The position numbers and the translations under genes were made by a program. Under the pieces are notes generated by a model. It had not been told where the DNA came from. It ran no database searches and worked only from the letters and a program-made list of their open reading frames with translations. A DNA stretch of 64,000 nt, from positions 1,530-65,529 of the forward strand of contig DASZWN010000003.1 of NCBI GenBank assembly GCA_035546575.1. The letters are read 5' to 3'. Origin of the DNA: Minisyncoccota bacterium. GTDB lineage: Bacteria > Patescibacteriota > Minisyncoccia > Phycocordibacterales > SBAW01. Shown here piece by piece: positions 17,879 to 27,266 of the stretch (positions are counted from its first letter, which is position 1; every line of letters begins with the position of its first letter).

Positions 17879-18839
17879 GATCGATAATTGTCTGCGCAAA
17901 TAGAGGCGCCAGCGGCAATACCGTAACTCTTGCTTGTTTTGAGCGGAGGGCCACATGCGGGATGGTGTCGGTAAGTATAAGCCCGCTCAAAGCGCTCTGG
18001 AGATTTTTGAGTGCATTGCCGGAGAGCACTGCGTGGCTGGCAAACGCGCTTACTGTTTTTGCTCCGGCTTTTTTTGCCACTGCCGCCGCTTGTACAAGGG
18101 TGCCGCCGCTATCTATCATGTCGTCGACAAACAGCACATGCTTGCCGGTTATCTTTTCCGGAGTCGCGGTTGTCATGCTTTTAACGGCGCCATGCTCGTG
18201 ACGACTCTTTTCAAAAAATACGACGTCGCTGGCGCCAAGCAATGTTGCTAATGCTTGCGCGCGAGCAATACCGCCGCGGTCTGGCGATGCAACCGCAAAG
18301 GGTTTCTTGAGTGTCTTTTTAACATATGCCGCTGCGAGCGGCGCGGCGCTCAGGTGCAGCACCTCCAAACCGCCAAAATGCTCAAGCGTATGCTCGGCGT
18401 GTATGTCGACCACGATAACGCGCGAGGCTCCCGAGCGGGCGAGCAAGTCCATTACTACTCGTGAGCTGAGCGGCTTGCCGGGCTTGTGCTTGTCTTGTCG
18501 GTTGTAGGAGAGGTAAGGAATGATAAGCGTGACGCACTTTGCTCCGCCGCCGCGCGCCGCATCGGCCATAAACGCGAGCTCAAGCAGATTGTCCGTTGGC
18601 GCGTGGGTGGGACCTACAATAAAGACATCTTTTCCAACAACGTCGTCTAATAGTTGCGCGCGCAGCTCGCCGTCGCTAAAGCGCTCTAAACGCACTTTGC
18701 CCAGGGGTACACGCAAGAGCTTGCCTATAGCAAGCGCCATCGAGGTGCCTGGTGTGCTGGCAAACAGTGCAATAGATGCCTTATAGCTTGCTTTCCCCAT
18801 GTGTGGGCCAATCGTATCGATACAAAAGAAGCAAGTCAA
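17814..18839 (-). CDS. prs: Ribose-phosphate pyrophosphokinase (PRPP synthetase)
   Basis: Full-length match to the Prs pattern (FSDGE, DIHA, VDDMIDSGGTL PRPP-binding loop). Start is ambiguous between the ATG at 18839 and the ATG at 18800 (MGKASYKAS...). A C-terminal basic extension overlaps the convergent gene by 65 nt. Confidence 0.85.
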   Translation of the reverse strand: MTCFFCIDTIGPHMGKASYKASIALFASTPGTSMALAIGKLLRVPLGKVRLERFSDGELRAQLLDDVVGKDVFIVGPTHAPTDNLLELAFMADAARGGGAKCVTLIIPYLSYNRQDKHKPGKPLSSRVVMDLLARSGASRVIVVDIHAEHTLEHFGGLEVLHLSAAPLAAAYVKKTLKKPFAVASPDRGGIARAQALATLLGASDVVFFEKSRHEHGAVKSMTTATPEKITGKHVLFVDDMIDSGGTLVQAAAVAKKAGAKTVSAFASHAVLSGNALKNLQSALSGLILTDTIPHVALRSKQARVTVLPLAPLFAQTIIDLMSSRPSKARAKSPQKSRRTR

Positions 18840-18858
18840 TCAGTAAGATTACGAGCGG

Positions 18859-20154
18859 TTGTCAATAATGATTTTTTGTGCTAAAAATGCGCCACCTATG
18901 CGGCTCACAGATCTCGAAAAAATAGAGAACTCGACCGTTATCCTAGATATAGACGGTACGCTCACGCACCCTGGCGGCAGCACTATTGTGCCTGAGATTA
19001 TGGAGGCTGTAGAGCGCTTGCGCACTCACAACGATGTCTACCTCCTCTCAAACCGTGGCGATCATGTGCGCGATGCAGCAATCGCTCAGATACTCGGTGT
19101 CGGCTACATAGAGACATCGCACCGCAAACCCGACCCCCGCGCACTGCGCAGCCTCGAGCGCAAACGCGCCGCTCTTGTTGTCATAGGCGACAAAATACTT
19201 ACCGACGGACTCCTCGCGCTCATGACAGGCGCGCGGTTTATACACATCAGCCGTATCGTGAGCGCTCATGACTCATCTGCCGATCAATTGGCGCATGCGA
19301 TAGACGACACTGTCGCCCATGCGTTCTCTTTACTGCGCCTTTTGCGGCCGGTGCAGTGGGCTAAAAACGCGCTCGTGTTTGTGCCGCTCTTTTTTGCACG
19401 CGAGTTTTTTGATGCGGGTGCGCTGGGGAGTATTACCGCAGTATTTTTTGCCTTTTGTTTTATCGCAAGCGCCGGGTACATCATCAACGACATGCTCGAC
19501 GTCGAGGCCGACCGCGCGCACCCGCGCAAGCGCAATCGCCCGCTCGCCTCGGGCGAGGTATTGATGCCCGAAGCGCTCACAGCGGCAGCGCTTCTTCTTA
19601 TGGCATCGGCGGCGTTGTTTCTTGCATACGCTCCTGCTGCTCTATTGGTGGGAGGTGTCTACTTTGCTTCCTCCCTTGTCTACAGCTCGTATATAAAAAA
19701 GATTCCGCTCCTCGAGATGGTCGGCTTCATGTGGTTTTATTTTGCGCGGGTACTTGCAGGCAGCGTTGCGGTAAGCATACCGCTCTCCGCCTGGCTTATA
19801 CTCGCTATTCTGTTCCTCTCACTCTTTTTTATCGCCGCAAAACGCTATGCAGAAAAAACAAGCGGCCGTGGACGTAGCGTACTCGTGCACTATCCAGAAA
19901 AGTTTCTTGAAGGGCTCCTGTTCCTCAGCGCCGGTCTCGTGGTCGTGTTTTACGGACTGTACAGTATCCTGGGCGTCTCATCGCCTATCGCCGTATACTC
20001 AACGGTGCCGATACTTGCCGCAGTGATCCGCTACCTCCAGCTTTCGTTCTCAGGCCAGGGGACTGAATATCCGGAAAAACTTCTCTTTTCCGACTCGGGT
20101 ATTCGTATTGCCGGTGTCGCATGGTTCCTCCTCATGCTCGCGGTATTTTATTAG
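18859..20154 (+). CDS. Fusion protein: N-terminal HAD-superfamily phosphatase (YqeG/IIIA-like) + C-terminal UbiA-family polyprenyl-phosphate phosphoribosyltransferase (DPPR-synthase-like)
   Basis: HAD motifs I DIDGTL, II LLSN, III K (HRKPD), IV GDKILTD. Then 7-8 TM helices with the UbiA motif YIINDMLDVEADRAHPRKRNRPLASG (NDxxDxxxD...RPLxSG). Divergent from prs. Confidence 0.7.
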   Translation: MSIMIFCAKNAPPMRLTDLEKIENSTVILDIDGTLTHPGGSTIVPEIMEAVERLRTHNDVYLLSNRGDHVRDAAIAQILGVGYIETSHRKPDPRALRSLERKRAALVVIGDKILTDGLLALMTGARFIHISRIVSAHDSSADQLAHAIDDTVAHAFSLLRLLRPVQWAKNALVFVPLFFAREFFDAGALGSITAVFFAFCFIASAGYIINDMLDVEADRAHPRKRNRPLASGEVLMPEALTAAALLLMASAALFLAYAPAALLVGGVYFASSLVYSSYIKKIPLLEMVGFMWFYFARVLAGSVAVSIPLSAWLILAILFLSLFFIAAKRYAEKTSGRGRSVLVHYPEKFLEGLLFLSAGLVVVFYGLYSILGVSSPIAVYSTVPILAAVIRYLQLSFSGQGTEYPEKLLFSDSGIRIAGVAWFLLMLAVFY

Positions 20155-20190
20155 CCGCTTCGCTTATATTTTACATGTGCTCGTGGTATA

Positions 20191-20196
20191 TATAAT
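20191..20196 (+). promoter_or_regulatory. -10 hexamer TATAAT 6 nt upstream of the ATG at 20203 (leaderless-type)
   Basis: tggTATATATAAT-ccacat-ATG; no Shine-Dalgarno. Confidence 0.4.
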
Positions 20197-20202
20197 CCAC
20201 AT

Positions 20203-21237
20203 ATGCGTTTTTTTATCACAGGGGGTGCGGGGTTTTTGGGGATTAATCTAGTACGGAATCTGTTGGCAAAAGGCCATGAAGTGCGCTCCTACGATCTCCT
20301 CCCTTTTGATTATCCTGAGAAGGATCGCGTCAGTGCAGTCGAGGGCGATATACGCGACTACGATGCGCTGGTGCAGGCAATGCAGGGGGCCGACGTGGTG
20401 ATACACACGGCAGCCGCACTCCCGCTCTATAAGGCAGAAGATATCCGCACGACCGACATTGACGGCACACGCAATGTGCTCAAGGCGGCAAAGCAAAATA
20501 ACATTTCGCGAGTAGTGCATGTCTCGTCCACTGCCGTGTATGGTATCCCCGACCACCACCCGCTCTACGAGGACGACAAGCTCGACGGTGTGGGCGAGTA
20601 CGGCAAGGCAAAAATCGCCGCCGAAGATATTTGTAAGGAGTATCGCGCGCAGGGCATGATTGTGCCGATTATCCGACCAAAATCTTTTATCGGCCCGGAG
20701 CGCTTGGGAGTGTTTGCGCTCTTTTACGATTGGGCCGCAGACGGGCACAACTTCCCCACGATCGGCAACGGCAAAAACCGCTACCAGCTGCTCGATGTTG
20801 AGGATTTGTGCGACGCGATCTACCTGGTTTCCACGCTGCCAGCAGAAAAGGCTAACGACACGTTTAATATCGGTGCAAAGGAGTTTATGACGATGCGCGA
20901 AGATTATCAGGCGGTGCTCGATCGCGCTGGCTTTGGCAAGCGCGTTATCGGTTTGCCAGCTGCGCCTGCAATCTGGACGCTGCGGTTCCTCGAGATGCTG
21001 CACCTCTCGCCGCTTTACAAGTGGGTCTACGAGACTGCAAGCAAAGACAGTTTTGTATCGATAGAAAAAGCACAAAAGAAATTGGGCTATGCGCCTAAGT
21101 ACTCCAATAAAGATGCGCTTATACGCAATTACGAATGGTATCTCAGCAAGCGCGAGAGTTTTAAGGGCGAGAGTGGCGTAACGCATCGCGTCCCGTGGAA
21201 GCAAGGCATACTTTCTATCGCCAAATTGTTCTTTTAA
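20203..21237 (+). CDS. NAD-dependent epimerase/dehydratase (3-beta-HSD-like extended SDR)
   Basis: FITGGAGFLGINLV Rossmann motif and catalytic YGKAK. Confidence 0.8.
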   Translation: MRFFITGGAGFLGINLVRNLLAKGHEVRSYDLLPFDYPEKDRVSAVEGDIRDYDALVQAMQGADVVIHTAAALPLYKAEDIRTTDIDGTRNVLKAAKQNNISRVVHVSSTAVYGIPDHHPLYEDDKLDGVGEYGKAKIAAEDICKEYRAQGMIVPIIRPKSFIGPERLGVFALFYDWAADGHNFPTIGNGKNRYQLLDVEDLCDAIYLVSTLPAEKANDTFNIGAKEFMTMREDYQAVLDRAGFGKRVIGLPAAPAIWTLRFLEMLHLSPLYKWVYETASKDSFVSIEKAQKKLGYAPKYSNKDALIRNYEWYLSKRESFKGESGVTHRVPWKQGILSIAKLFF

Positions 21238-21250
21238 ACGGGATACGCCT

Positions 21251-22777
21251 ATGCCTCCAATTAAAAAGCTGGCGAGTGTAGAGGGTGCGCTGCTGGCGCT
21301 TCTGGGAGCGGGCGCTTTTCTGTCGGTTTTATTCGCGCTCGGTTTCCCTTTTGATCATAATGAGCACATGTATTTGACGGCGGGGCGCCTCCTTGCCGAA
21401 TATCCTCTATATACTGCAGTCGGATATGTACAAATGCCCTTGCTCCCCTGGATATATTCGATTTTGTTCCCCGTCGGGCATCTGTTGGGCGCTCCAGCGC
21501 TGCTGGTAGCTCGCTTGGTAACCGCCGCCGCATTTTTAGGAACGGTCTTTTTTGCCGTTCGTATCGTGTATATATGGGTGCCTGCCGCATGGTTCGCGTA
21601 TGCAATAGGTTGTCTGGTTCTTTTTGATAAGATACTCCAGTTCGCAGCACGCGAAGCAGACGCCGACATGCTGGCGCTCCTATGCTGGGCGGCTGCTCTG
21701 TATCTGTGGTCTCGAGCGATCCGCGAACATAAAGGCTCGTTATATTTTTTCAGCATAGGATCCCTGATAACGGGTGCGGCCCTGCTCCGACTTTTTTATA
21801 TGCCTCTTATTCTTCTCGCTATCGCAGCTCCTTTTTTCCTTTTGTCGGAAGGTGAAGGATTGCCTGTCGCTCTGCGACGGGCTCTATGGATTGTCGGAGG
21901 CATGGTAGTGTCGGCCACGCCATTCCTGCTTTTATATGGACCCCATGTACCCGTAGTATGGGACATGGTATTCAGCTATCACCAGCTTAACGCTGCAGAT
22001 CAAAGCGCTATTTCTGGCCTAAGCCAAAAATTAGCACTTGCATATGCGGCATTTTCAAGTCCCGCCACCTGGACGGGCGTGCTGCTTGTCATTGTTGCAC
22101 TTTGGCTTGGAAAAGCGTCGGATCTCGCCTTTGGCCTGTCACTAAGAGCCCGTTTCGGTCTTTTTGTGCTTGTGCTTGGAGGCCTAGAATGTGTGCTTGC
22201 TTTTGCGCCGACTCCGGTGTGGAGCACCTATTTTGCGCCTTTCCTTCTGTTTTCAGTCTTAGGAGGCGCAGTACTATTGCCTCAGGCGGAAGAAAGGTAT
22301 GCATCGCTTATGCAAGCATTTTGTGTTGGGCTGATCGTAATTAATCTGCCTTTTGCTCTCCAGCAAGTCGTACGCGGCGCTTATGCCTGGGTTCACCCGT
22401 CTTCTCTTCCATTTATCGCCATATCTACTGACGCGAAGCGTATCGATGATCATTTCGCCGCAGGCACCAGCTTCGCAACATTAACACCGGGCTTTCTGAT
22501 TGATACGGATATTAGGCTATTGCCTCAATTTGCTAGCGGTCCATTCCTGTATCGCGTAGGAGATACGTGGTCGCCTCAGGAGCGGACCATGCTCGGTATT
22601 GCAACCCCGTCCTCCCTGAATACCCTTTTTGCTATTCAAAAGCCGGACGCCATCATGGTCGGATGCGAAGGGGAGCTTGACGCGTCGCTTGAGCAGTACG
22701 CCTTAACAAACAGCTACCAGCGTATCCCAGGGACATATTTTGGGTGTGCGCGTATATACGAAAGAATCAAATCATGA
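21251..22777 (+). CDS. Polytopic membrane protein, putative GT-C-type glycosyltransferase
   Basis: About 12 predicted TM helices; acidic motif FDHNEH in the first extracytoplasmic loop; placement among polyprenyl-P-sugar genes. Confidence 0.45.
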   Translation: MPPIKKLASVEGALLALLGAGAFLSVLFALGFPFDHNEHMYLTAGRLLAEYPLYTAVGYVQMPLLPWIYSILFPVGHLLGAPALLVARLVTAAAFLGTVFFAVRIVYIWVPAAWFAYAIGCLVLFDKILQFAAREADADMLALLCWAAALYLWSRAIREHKGSLYFFSIGSLITGAALLRLFYMPLILLAIAAPFFLLSEGEGLPVALRRALWIVGGMVVSATPFLLLYGPHVPVVWDMVFSYHQLNAADQSAISGLSQKLALAYAAFSSPATWTGVLLVIVALWLGKASDLAFGLSLRARFGLFVLVLGGLECVLAFAPTPVWSTYFAPFLLFSVLGGAVLLPQAEERYASLMQAFCVGLIVINLPFALQQVVRGAYAWVHPSSLPFIAISTDAKRIDDHFAAGTSFATLTPGFLIDTDIRLLPQFASGPFLYRVGDTWSPQERTMLGIATPSSLNTLFAIQKPDAIMVGCEGELDASLEQYALTNSYQRIPGTYFGCARIYERIKS

Positions 22778-23847
22778 TTCGCATCTCAACACGCGTGCAG
22801 ATTACGATACTCGCGCTTCTTTACGTACTGCTTTCATGCGCGGTTTTTGCTTTTGGTGTTCATAAGAGTGTTTACTCTGTTTCCAGCACGGACCGCGTAT
22901 ATTACGAAGAGTTTTATGCTGGCGCATTAGACAAAAACTCCCCGCAACGTTTCTCCAACCCGCCACAAGGCACCAGTATTATTTTTGCCGGCCCCGATGG
23001 CGCAGCTGGCTTGCATGCGGGCATACACTTTGAGCCGATAAAGTATGCAGCCGCGGCAGTCTGGACTGTCTTTGGTGGAGCGCATGCGGTGGAGCTGTTT
23101 TACATAGCACTGTTCTTTTTGCCGCTCTTGTACGGCGGTTATATCTTGTATGCGCGAGGCGGGGACACCACACTCTTTCTTTGCCTACTTGCATACGCTT
23201 TCTCTCCGGCGGTCCTCAACACCGCAACAGACGACCTGCGCCCGTATATCGCACTTTTGCCCGGAGTACTTCTATTCTTTCTTTCAGTTCTTTATAAACG
23301 CCCTGTCTGGGAGAAATTCTTGTTTTTAAACCTCGTGCTGGCAGTCAGAGAAGAGGCGCTTTTGTTAGTGCTGCCGGTGCTCGCGTACCTGTTTGTGCGA
23401 GAGTACGCCTCGGGCATATCGCGCACTAGTTGGGCGCTACTTTTTAATTGGTGTGGCTGGTTGCTCGCTAATACTTTGTATATTGCATGGATAGCGCCGC
23501 ACTACGCGGTGCGGGGGAGTTGGTCTGCCCTTTTTAGCATCAGCGAGAGACATCTTTCTGTGGTGCTGGTTGTAATTCTGGTAGCCGCAGGGGTAACTGT
23601 CTGGGCACTAGCAAACAGAGATCGGATTTTCAGCTTTCCGTATCTGGCGGAGATTCTTTTGCTCGCCCCATTTCTGGCGCTGCTTGTTGCTTCGCCGTTT
23701 CTTACCCTCTCAGCGCCTTTCTCTTCGCTCTCCTCGGTACTTCAAAATATTTCAGGCCGCTATGGCATGATACTCACGGTCTTTCTACTTATGTTTGTGT
23801 TAGCGCAATTTGTAGATAACCATGTCAGGACCAAACTGTTTTCCTGA
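22774..23847 (+). CDS. Polytopic membrane protein, function unknown
   Basis: About 10 TM helices; start taken at the ATG at 22774 (MIRIS...), which overlaps the upstream stop (ATGA). Confidence 0.45.
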   Translation: MIRISTRVQITILALLYVLLSCAVFAFGVHKSVYSVSSTDRVYYEEFYAGALDKNSPQRFSNPPQGTSIIFAGPDGAAGLHAGIHFEPIKYAAAAVWTVFGGAHAVELFYIALFFLPLLYGGYILYARGGDTTLFLCLLAYAFSPAVLNTATDDLRPYIALLPGVLLFFLSVLYKRPVWEKFLFLNLVLAVREEALLLVLPVLAYLFVREYASGISRTSWALLFNWCGWLLANTLYIAWIAPHYAVRGSWSALFSISERHLSVVLVVILVAAGVTVWALANRDRIFSFPYLAEILLLAPFLALLVASPFLTLSAPFSSLSSVLQNISGRYGMILTVFLLMFVLAQFVDNHVRTKLFS

Positions 23848-25467
23848 AAAAAGCTCTGTAAAAGGTCCGGTAAAGGCGCTATTTTGCATCGAGTAATCGG
23901 GCAGGCCCTCCCATGAGGCTACAAGCGCGCCCTTGGCTGCAAGGGCTCTAAGCCCCTTGAGCCGCTCCGGATCAGCCGCAGCGGCGCTCGGCGAGAAGAT
24001 GAGATAGTTGTAGCCATGCGCAGCCCAGTATGCGGGCAAGGTTTCGAAGAATGCTTCTTGGTTGACCGTAAAGAGATTGAGCGCATGTATGCCGTATGAA
24101 GGATCTGTTTTGCTGAGCGACTCGTCTGCCTCATCAGTACGGCGCACTGCGGAAGCATCGATAGCGCGCAGCTCTGCAACCGCATCGGCGGTGGCAGATA
24201 TACGCATGAGCGGTGCGTCAACAATAACTTTCTCATCTGCAGTATGTGCCAGCACCCACTCCCGTGCCATTGCTCTGGTGTCGCTCTCTATTGCAAGCAT
24301 GCTAAACCGCACGGACGCCACAAGCGGGATACACAACAAAACGCAAAGTAGCGCGAGCACCCATGTGCGGCGTGCCAGGTAGTCGAAGGCAAATCCGCCA
24401 GCCAATGTGTAAAAGATGAGTAGCGGCAGCATAAAGCGAGCTTCGAGTCGGAAGGCAGAGAAAAATATCGCACAGTAGGAGAGGAAGAATCCTAAAATAA
24501 AGTAAAACATCGGCCGCTTTACTATCACCAGAGTTATAAGCCCTGCAAGGAAGAGTCCAATGAGCACTGGCTCCGAGTATGCCTGCAAGAGTAGTATGCG
24601 CACGGGGCTCAAAAGCAGTGCATGTATGTCGAGATGGGCGAGCGAGGTAAGAAACGTGCCGTCACCTGCAAAACCATTGCTATTTTTGTAGAGGAGCGAG
24701 GGCAGGGCACATAAAAGGGCAAATAACACCACTGCGCCATAGAGCAGCTTTTCTTTAAAGATCTCGCGCAGACGCATGGTCCCTTGCGTGAGCCACCACC
24801 AGAAGATGAGCACTGGTGTAAGGATCAAAATAGGCGAGACTCCCACGCCAATGCCACCCGCGACCAGCGCCCAAAAATAGCGGCGCGACTCCCCTATGTG
24901 TGTGCGCGTGAGTATATAGAGCACGAGAACAAAAAAGAATGTTGCTGGCACCCAGTGGCGCGCTACCATCGAGAGCCCAATATCGAGCAAACTTGTTGCA
25001 AACAAAAAGGCAGTGACAAGCGCGGCGCGGCGCGAGAATAACGACTGCGCAATGCGATACAAAAGCCAGACAGAGGCGAGTGTAAAGGCAATTGAGATAA
25101 GCCGTGCGGCAATAAAAAATAGCGAGAGGTCGGAGAGCAAGTGAGCGCTAAAGAGCGCCGATCCCCCATGCCAGGAAAGATACTCAAATCCGAGTATCCC
25201 GATAAAGGGAGTCAGGAATATATACGAAAGGTAGGGCGGGTAGTAGAGGATGCCCGCAAAGGGTGCTGGATTGAGCGCCGGGATAACGGTCTTGAGTTGG
25301 ATCATCTGGAGAGCTCCAAGAATAAGAGACGGTTCATCGCTAATAGACGAGGTGAGGGGTAAGGCATAGAAGATCCCTACTATGCGCAAGCCAAAGGCAA
25401 GCAAAATAATCCCAACGAGGATCAGATGCGCCGGTTGCTGTAAAAAAAGTCTTATTCGGGTAACCAT
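23800..25467 (-). CDS. GT-C glycosyltransferase of the PMT/ArnT (GT39/GT83-like) family
   Basis: N-terminal TM plus a DE-containing first loop (SSISDEPSLILGALQM), about 11 TM helices, and a C-terminal soluble domain; this architecture is typical of ArnT/PMT_2. Confidence 0.65.
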   Translation of the reverse strand: MVTRIRLFLQQPAHLILVGIILLAFGLRIVGIFYALPLTSSISDEPSLILGALQMIQLKTVIPALNPAPFAGILYYPPYLSYIFLTPFIGILGFEYLSWHGGSALFSAHLLSDLSLFFIAARLISIAFTLASVWLLYRIAQSLFSRRAALVTAFLFATSLLDIGLSMVARHWVPATFFFVLVLYILTRTHIGESRRYFWALVAGGIGVGVSPILILTPVLIFWWWLTQGTMRLREIFKEKLLYGAVVLFALLCALPSLLYKNSNGFAGDGTFLTSLAHLDIHALLLSPVRILLLQAYSEPVLIGLFLAGLITLVIVKRPMFYFILGFFLSYCAIFFSAFRLEARFMLPLLIFYTLAGGFAFDYLARRTWVLALLCVLLCIPLVASVRFSMLAIESDTRAMAREWVLAHTADEKVIVDAPLMRISATADAVAELRAIDASAVRRTDEADESLSKTDPSYGIHALNLFTVNQEAFFETLPAYWAAHGYNYLIFSPSAAAADPERLKGLRALAAKGALVASWEGLPDYSMQNSAFTGPFTELFSGKQFGPDMVIYKLR

Positions 25468-25526
25468 GCTATAACAGGCGTATGTGCGATAGGCTTACCG
25501 CCTAGCTATTATAGACTGTAACTACT

Positions 25527-27251
25527 ATGGAGCCACACACAGGCAATGCACCATATCTACGCTTCTGGACGCAGACAGTCTCCTGGACGCTGAGTTTTCT
25601 TGCGCTCGGTATTATAGCCCTCTACACATTTGTATTGATAAGCAAGGGCACCAATGTCTGGGACGACAGTTTCATGTTTGTGCGCTACGCGCGCAACCTG
25701 TTTGCGCACGGAATGATCTCCTGGGACGGAATGCAGCCATCTTACGGTCTTACCTCACTGGCGCACCTATTTGTTGTTCTGCCTTTTGTAAAAATACTCC
25801 CAAACGCTTTTGCGGCGATCATTGCGGGAAGTATTACCGGATTTTTGCTATTTCTTGCGGCAACTTTTTTTCTTGTACGAACTATAGTTGCGCATCGAAC
25901 CGCTGTGTTGCCGCTATGTCTGGCTGTTATAGCGAGTGTTCTTGCACTCGGACATGAGTCGTTGAGCATCATCATCTCTAGCGGTATGGATACCATGACA
26001 TCTACTGCCTATCTGAGCCTATATCTCGGTATGCTTGTTCGCATAATGTCCGCCTCTAGAGACTATAGTCGCAGCCTTATAGTATCAGTGGGGATTTTGG
26101 GAGGCTGCGCATATGTAGTCCGCCCCGATTTGCTCATATACAGCGTTATGGTTCCGCTTGTATGTATACTGTGGTCCGACAACGCACAACTCCGGTCAAA
26201 CGCAAAAGTTTTGCTTGCTGCGACCGGCGCCACGGTGTTGCTGTTCCTTGGTGCTGCATGGATGTATTTTGGCACTCCGCTTCCGCTTCCGTTTTATGCC
26301 AAGAGCGGCCTGCTCTACGATCCAATACTCGCACAACGATATACGTTTATTCCGATACTGCAGTTTATTATTAGTCTAGATTCTTTTACCCTGCTCTGGT
26401 TCGCCCTGCCGCTGTTCTTTATTGCGATACGGAAGCAGCTTCTACGCCGTACGCCGTACGCCCTGTATGTAGGTATAGGGCTTTCTGTTTTTGCATTGAC
26501 AGCATATTTTCTCTTTTTTGTGATTCAGGTTATGCCATATGCAGGCAGATTTTATTACCCTGCACTACCGGGGCTTATCGCCTTACTCACCCTGCTTATA
26601 TGCAAAGGCTGGGATGCTATAGAGCCGCTATATAGGGGGAAAATCGTATACGGGGGCATATTAGGTGTATGTATTATCTTGACGGCCGTGCTACTGCCTC
26701 TTTTTGTACAAGCATCCGAATATACGATATATGCGCTCACACACCAGAGAGCCCAAGTACATCTATTGCTTAAAGGGACTACTGAAGATTCGTACCTCAA
26801 TAATCCCAGCCTTTTTGCTGTATGGCCTTGTCTTGCAGTAGCGGAAAATCTTCCTTCATCCATATCCCTAGCTACTACAGAAGTGGGAGTGCCCTCGGTA
26901 CTTAACTCACCACATCCGGTTCTGGACCTCTCCGGTCTTAACGACACTCAGATTGGCCTGGGCCATATATCCGTGGTGCAGGCGGTACTGGAGGCGCACA
27001 GCGACGTGGTGTACTTGCCAAGCGCTCGCGACTATCCAGCACTGCACACATCCTTGCTTGTCCAACCAGAGTTTAGGAAGAGCTATACGGTATATCCCGC
27101 AACTTCAACCGGCGCCCTTGGAGATGTTGCGGTGCGGCGCGAAAGCTCAGCTGCTGTACCCGTGGGGGCATGCATGCAAAAAGTCAGTTTACAGCCGCCG
27201 CCTCAGGGAGGCTTTTATCACATTACGCTTCCCTTTTTACTCAATGAATGA
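25527..27251 (+). CDS. Polytopic membrane protein, putative GT-C glycosyltransferase (DDx motif in first loop)
   Basis: VWDDSFMFVRYARNL after TM1; about 12 TM helices; C-terminal soluble domain. Confidence 0.5.
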   Translation: MEPHTGNAPYLRFWTQTVSWTLSFLALGIIALYTFVLISKGTNVWDDSFMFVRYARNLFAHGMISWDGMQPSYGLTSLAHLFVVLPFVKILPNAFAAIIAGSITGFLLFLAATFFLVRTIVAHRTAVLPLCLAVIASVLALGHESLSIIISSGMDTMTSTAYLSLYLGMLVRIMSASRDYSRSLIVSVGILGGCAYVVRPDLLIYSVMVPLVCILWSDNAQLRSNAKVLLAATGATVLLFLGAAWMYFGTPLPLPFYAKSGLLYDPILAQRYTFIPILQFIISLDSFTLLWFALPLFFIAIRKQLLRRTPYALYVGIGLSVFALTAYFLFFVIQVMPYAGRFYYPALPGLIALLTLLICKGWDAIEPLYRGKIVYGGILGVCIILTAVLLPLFVQASEYTIYALTHQRAQVHLLLKGTTEDSYLNNPSLFAVWPCLAVAENLPSSISLATTEVGVPSVLNSPHPVLDLSGLNDTQIGLGHISVVQAVLEAHSDVVYLPSARDYPALHTSLLVQPEFRKSYTVYPATSTGALGDVAVRRESSAAVPVGACMQKVSLQPPPQGGFYHITLPFLLNE

Positions 27252-27266
27252 TCGCAGCATGGAGGT

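Noticed and set aside
20248-21204. 318-aa minus-strand ORF spanning the SDR epimerase gene
   Set aside because: Fully antisense to a gene with clear Rossmann and YxxxK motifs; no motifs of its own.
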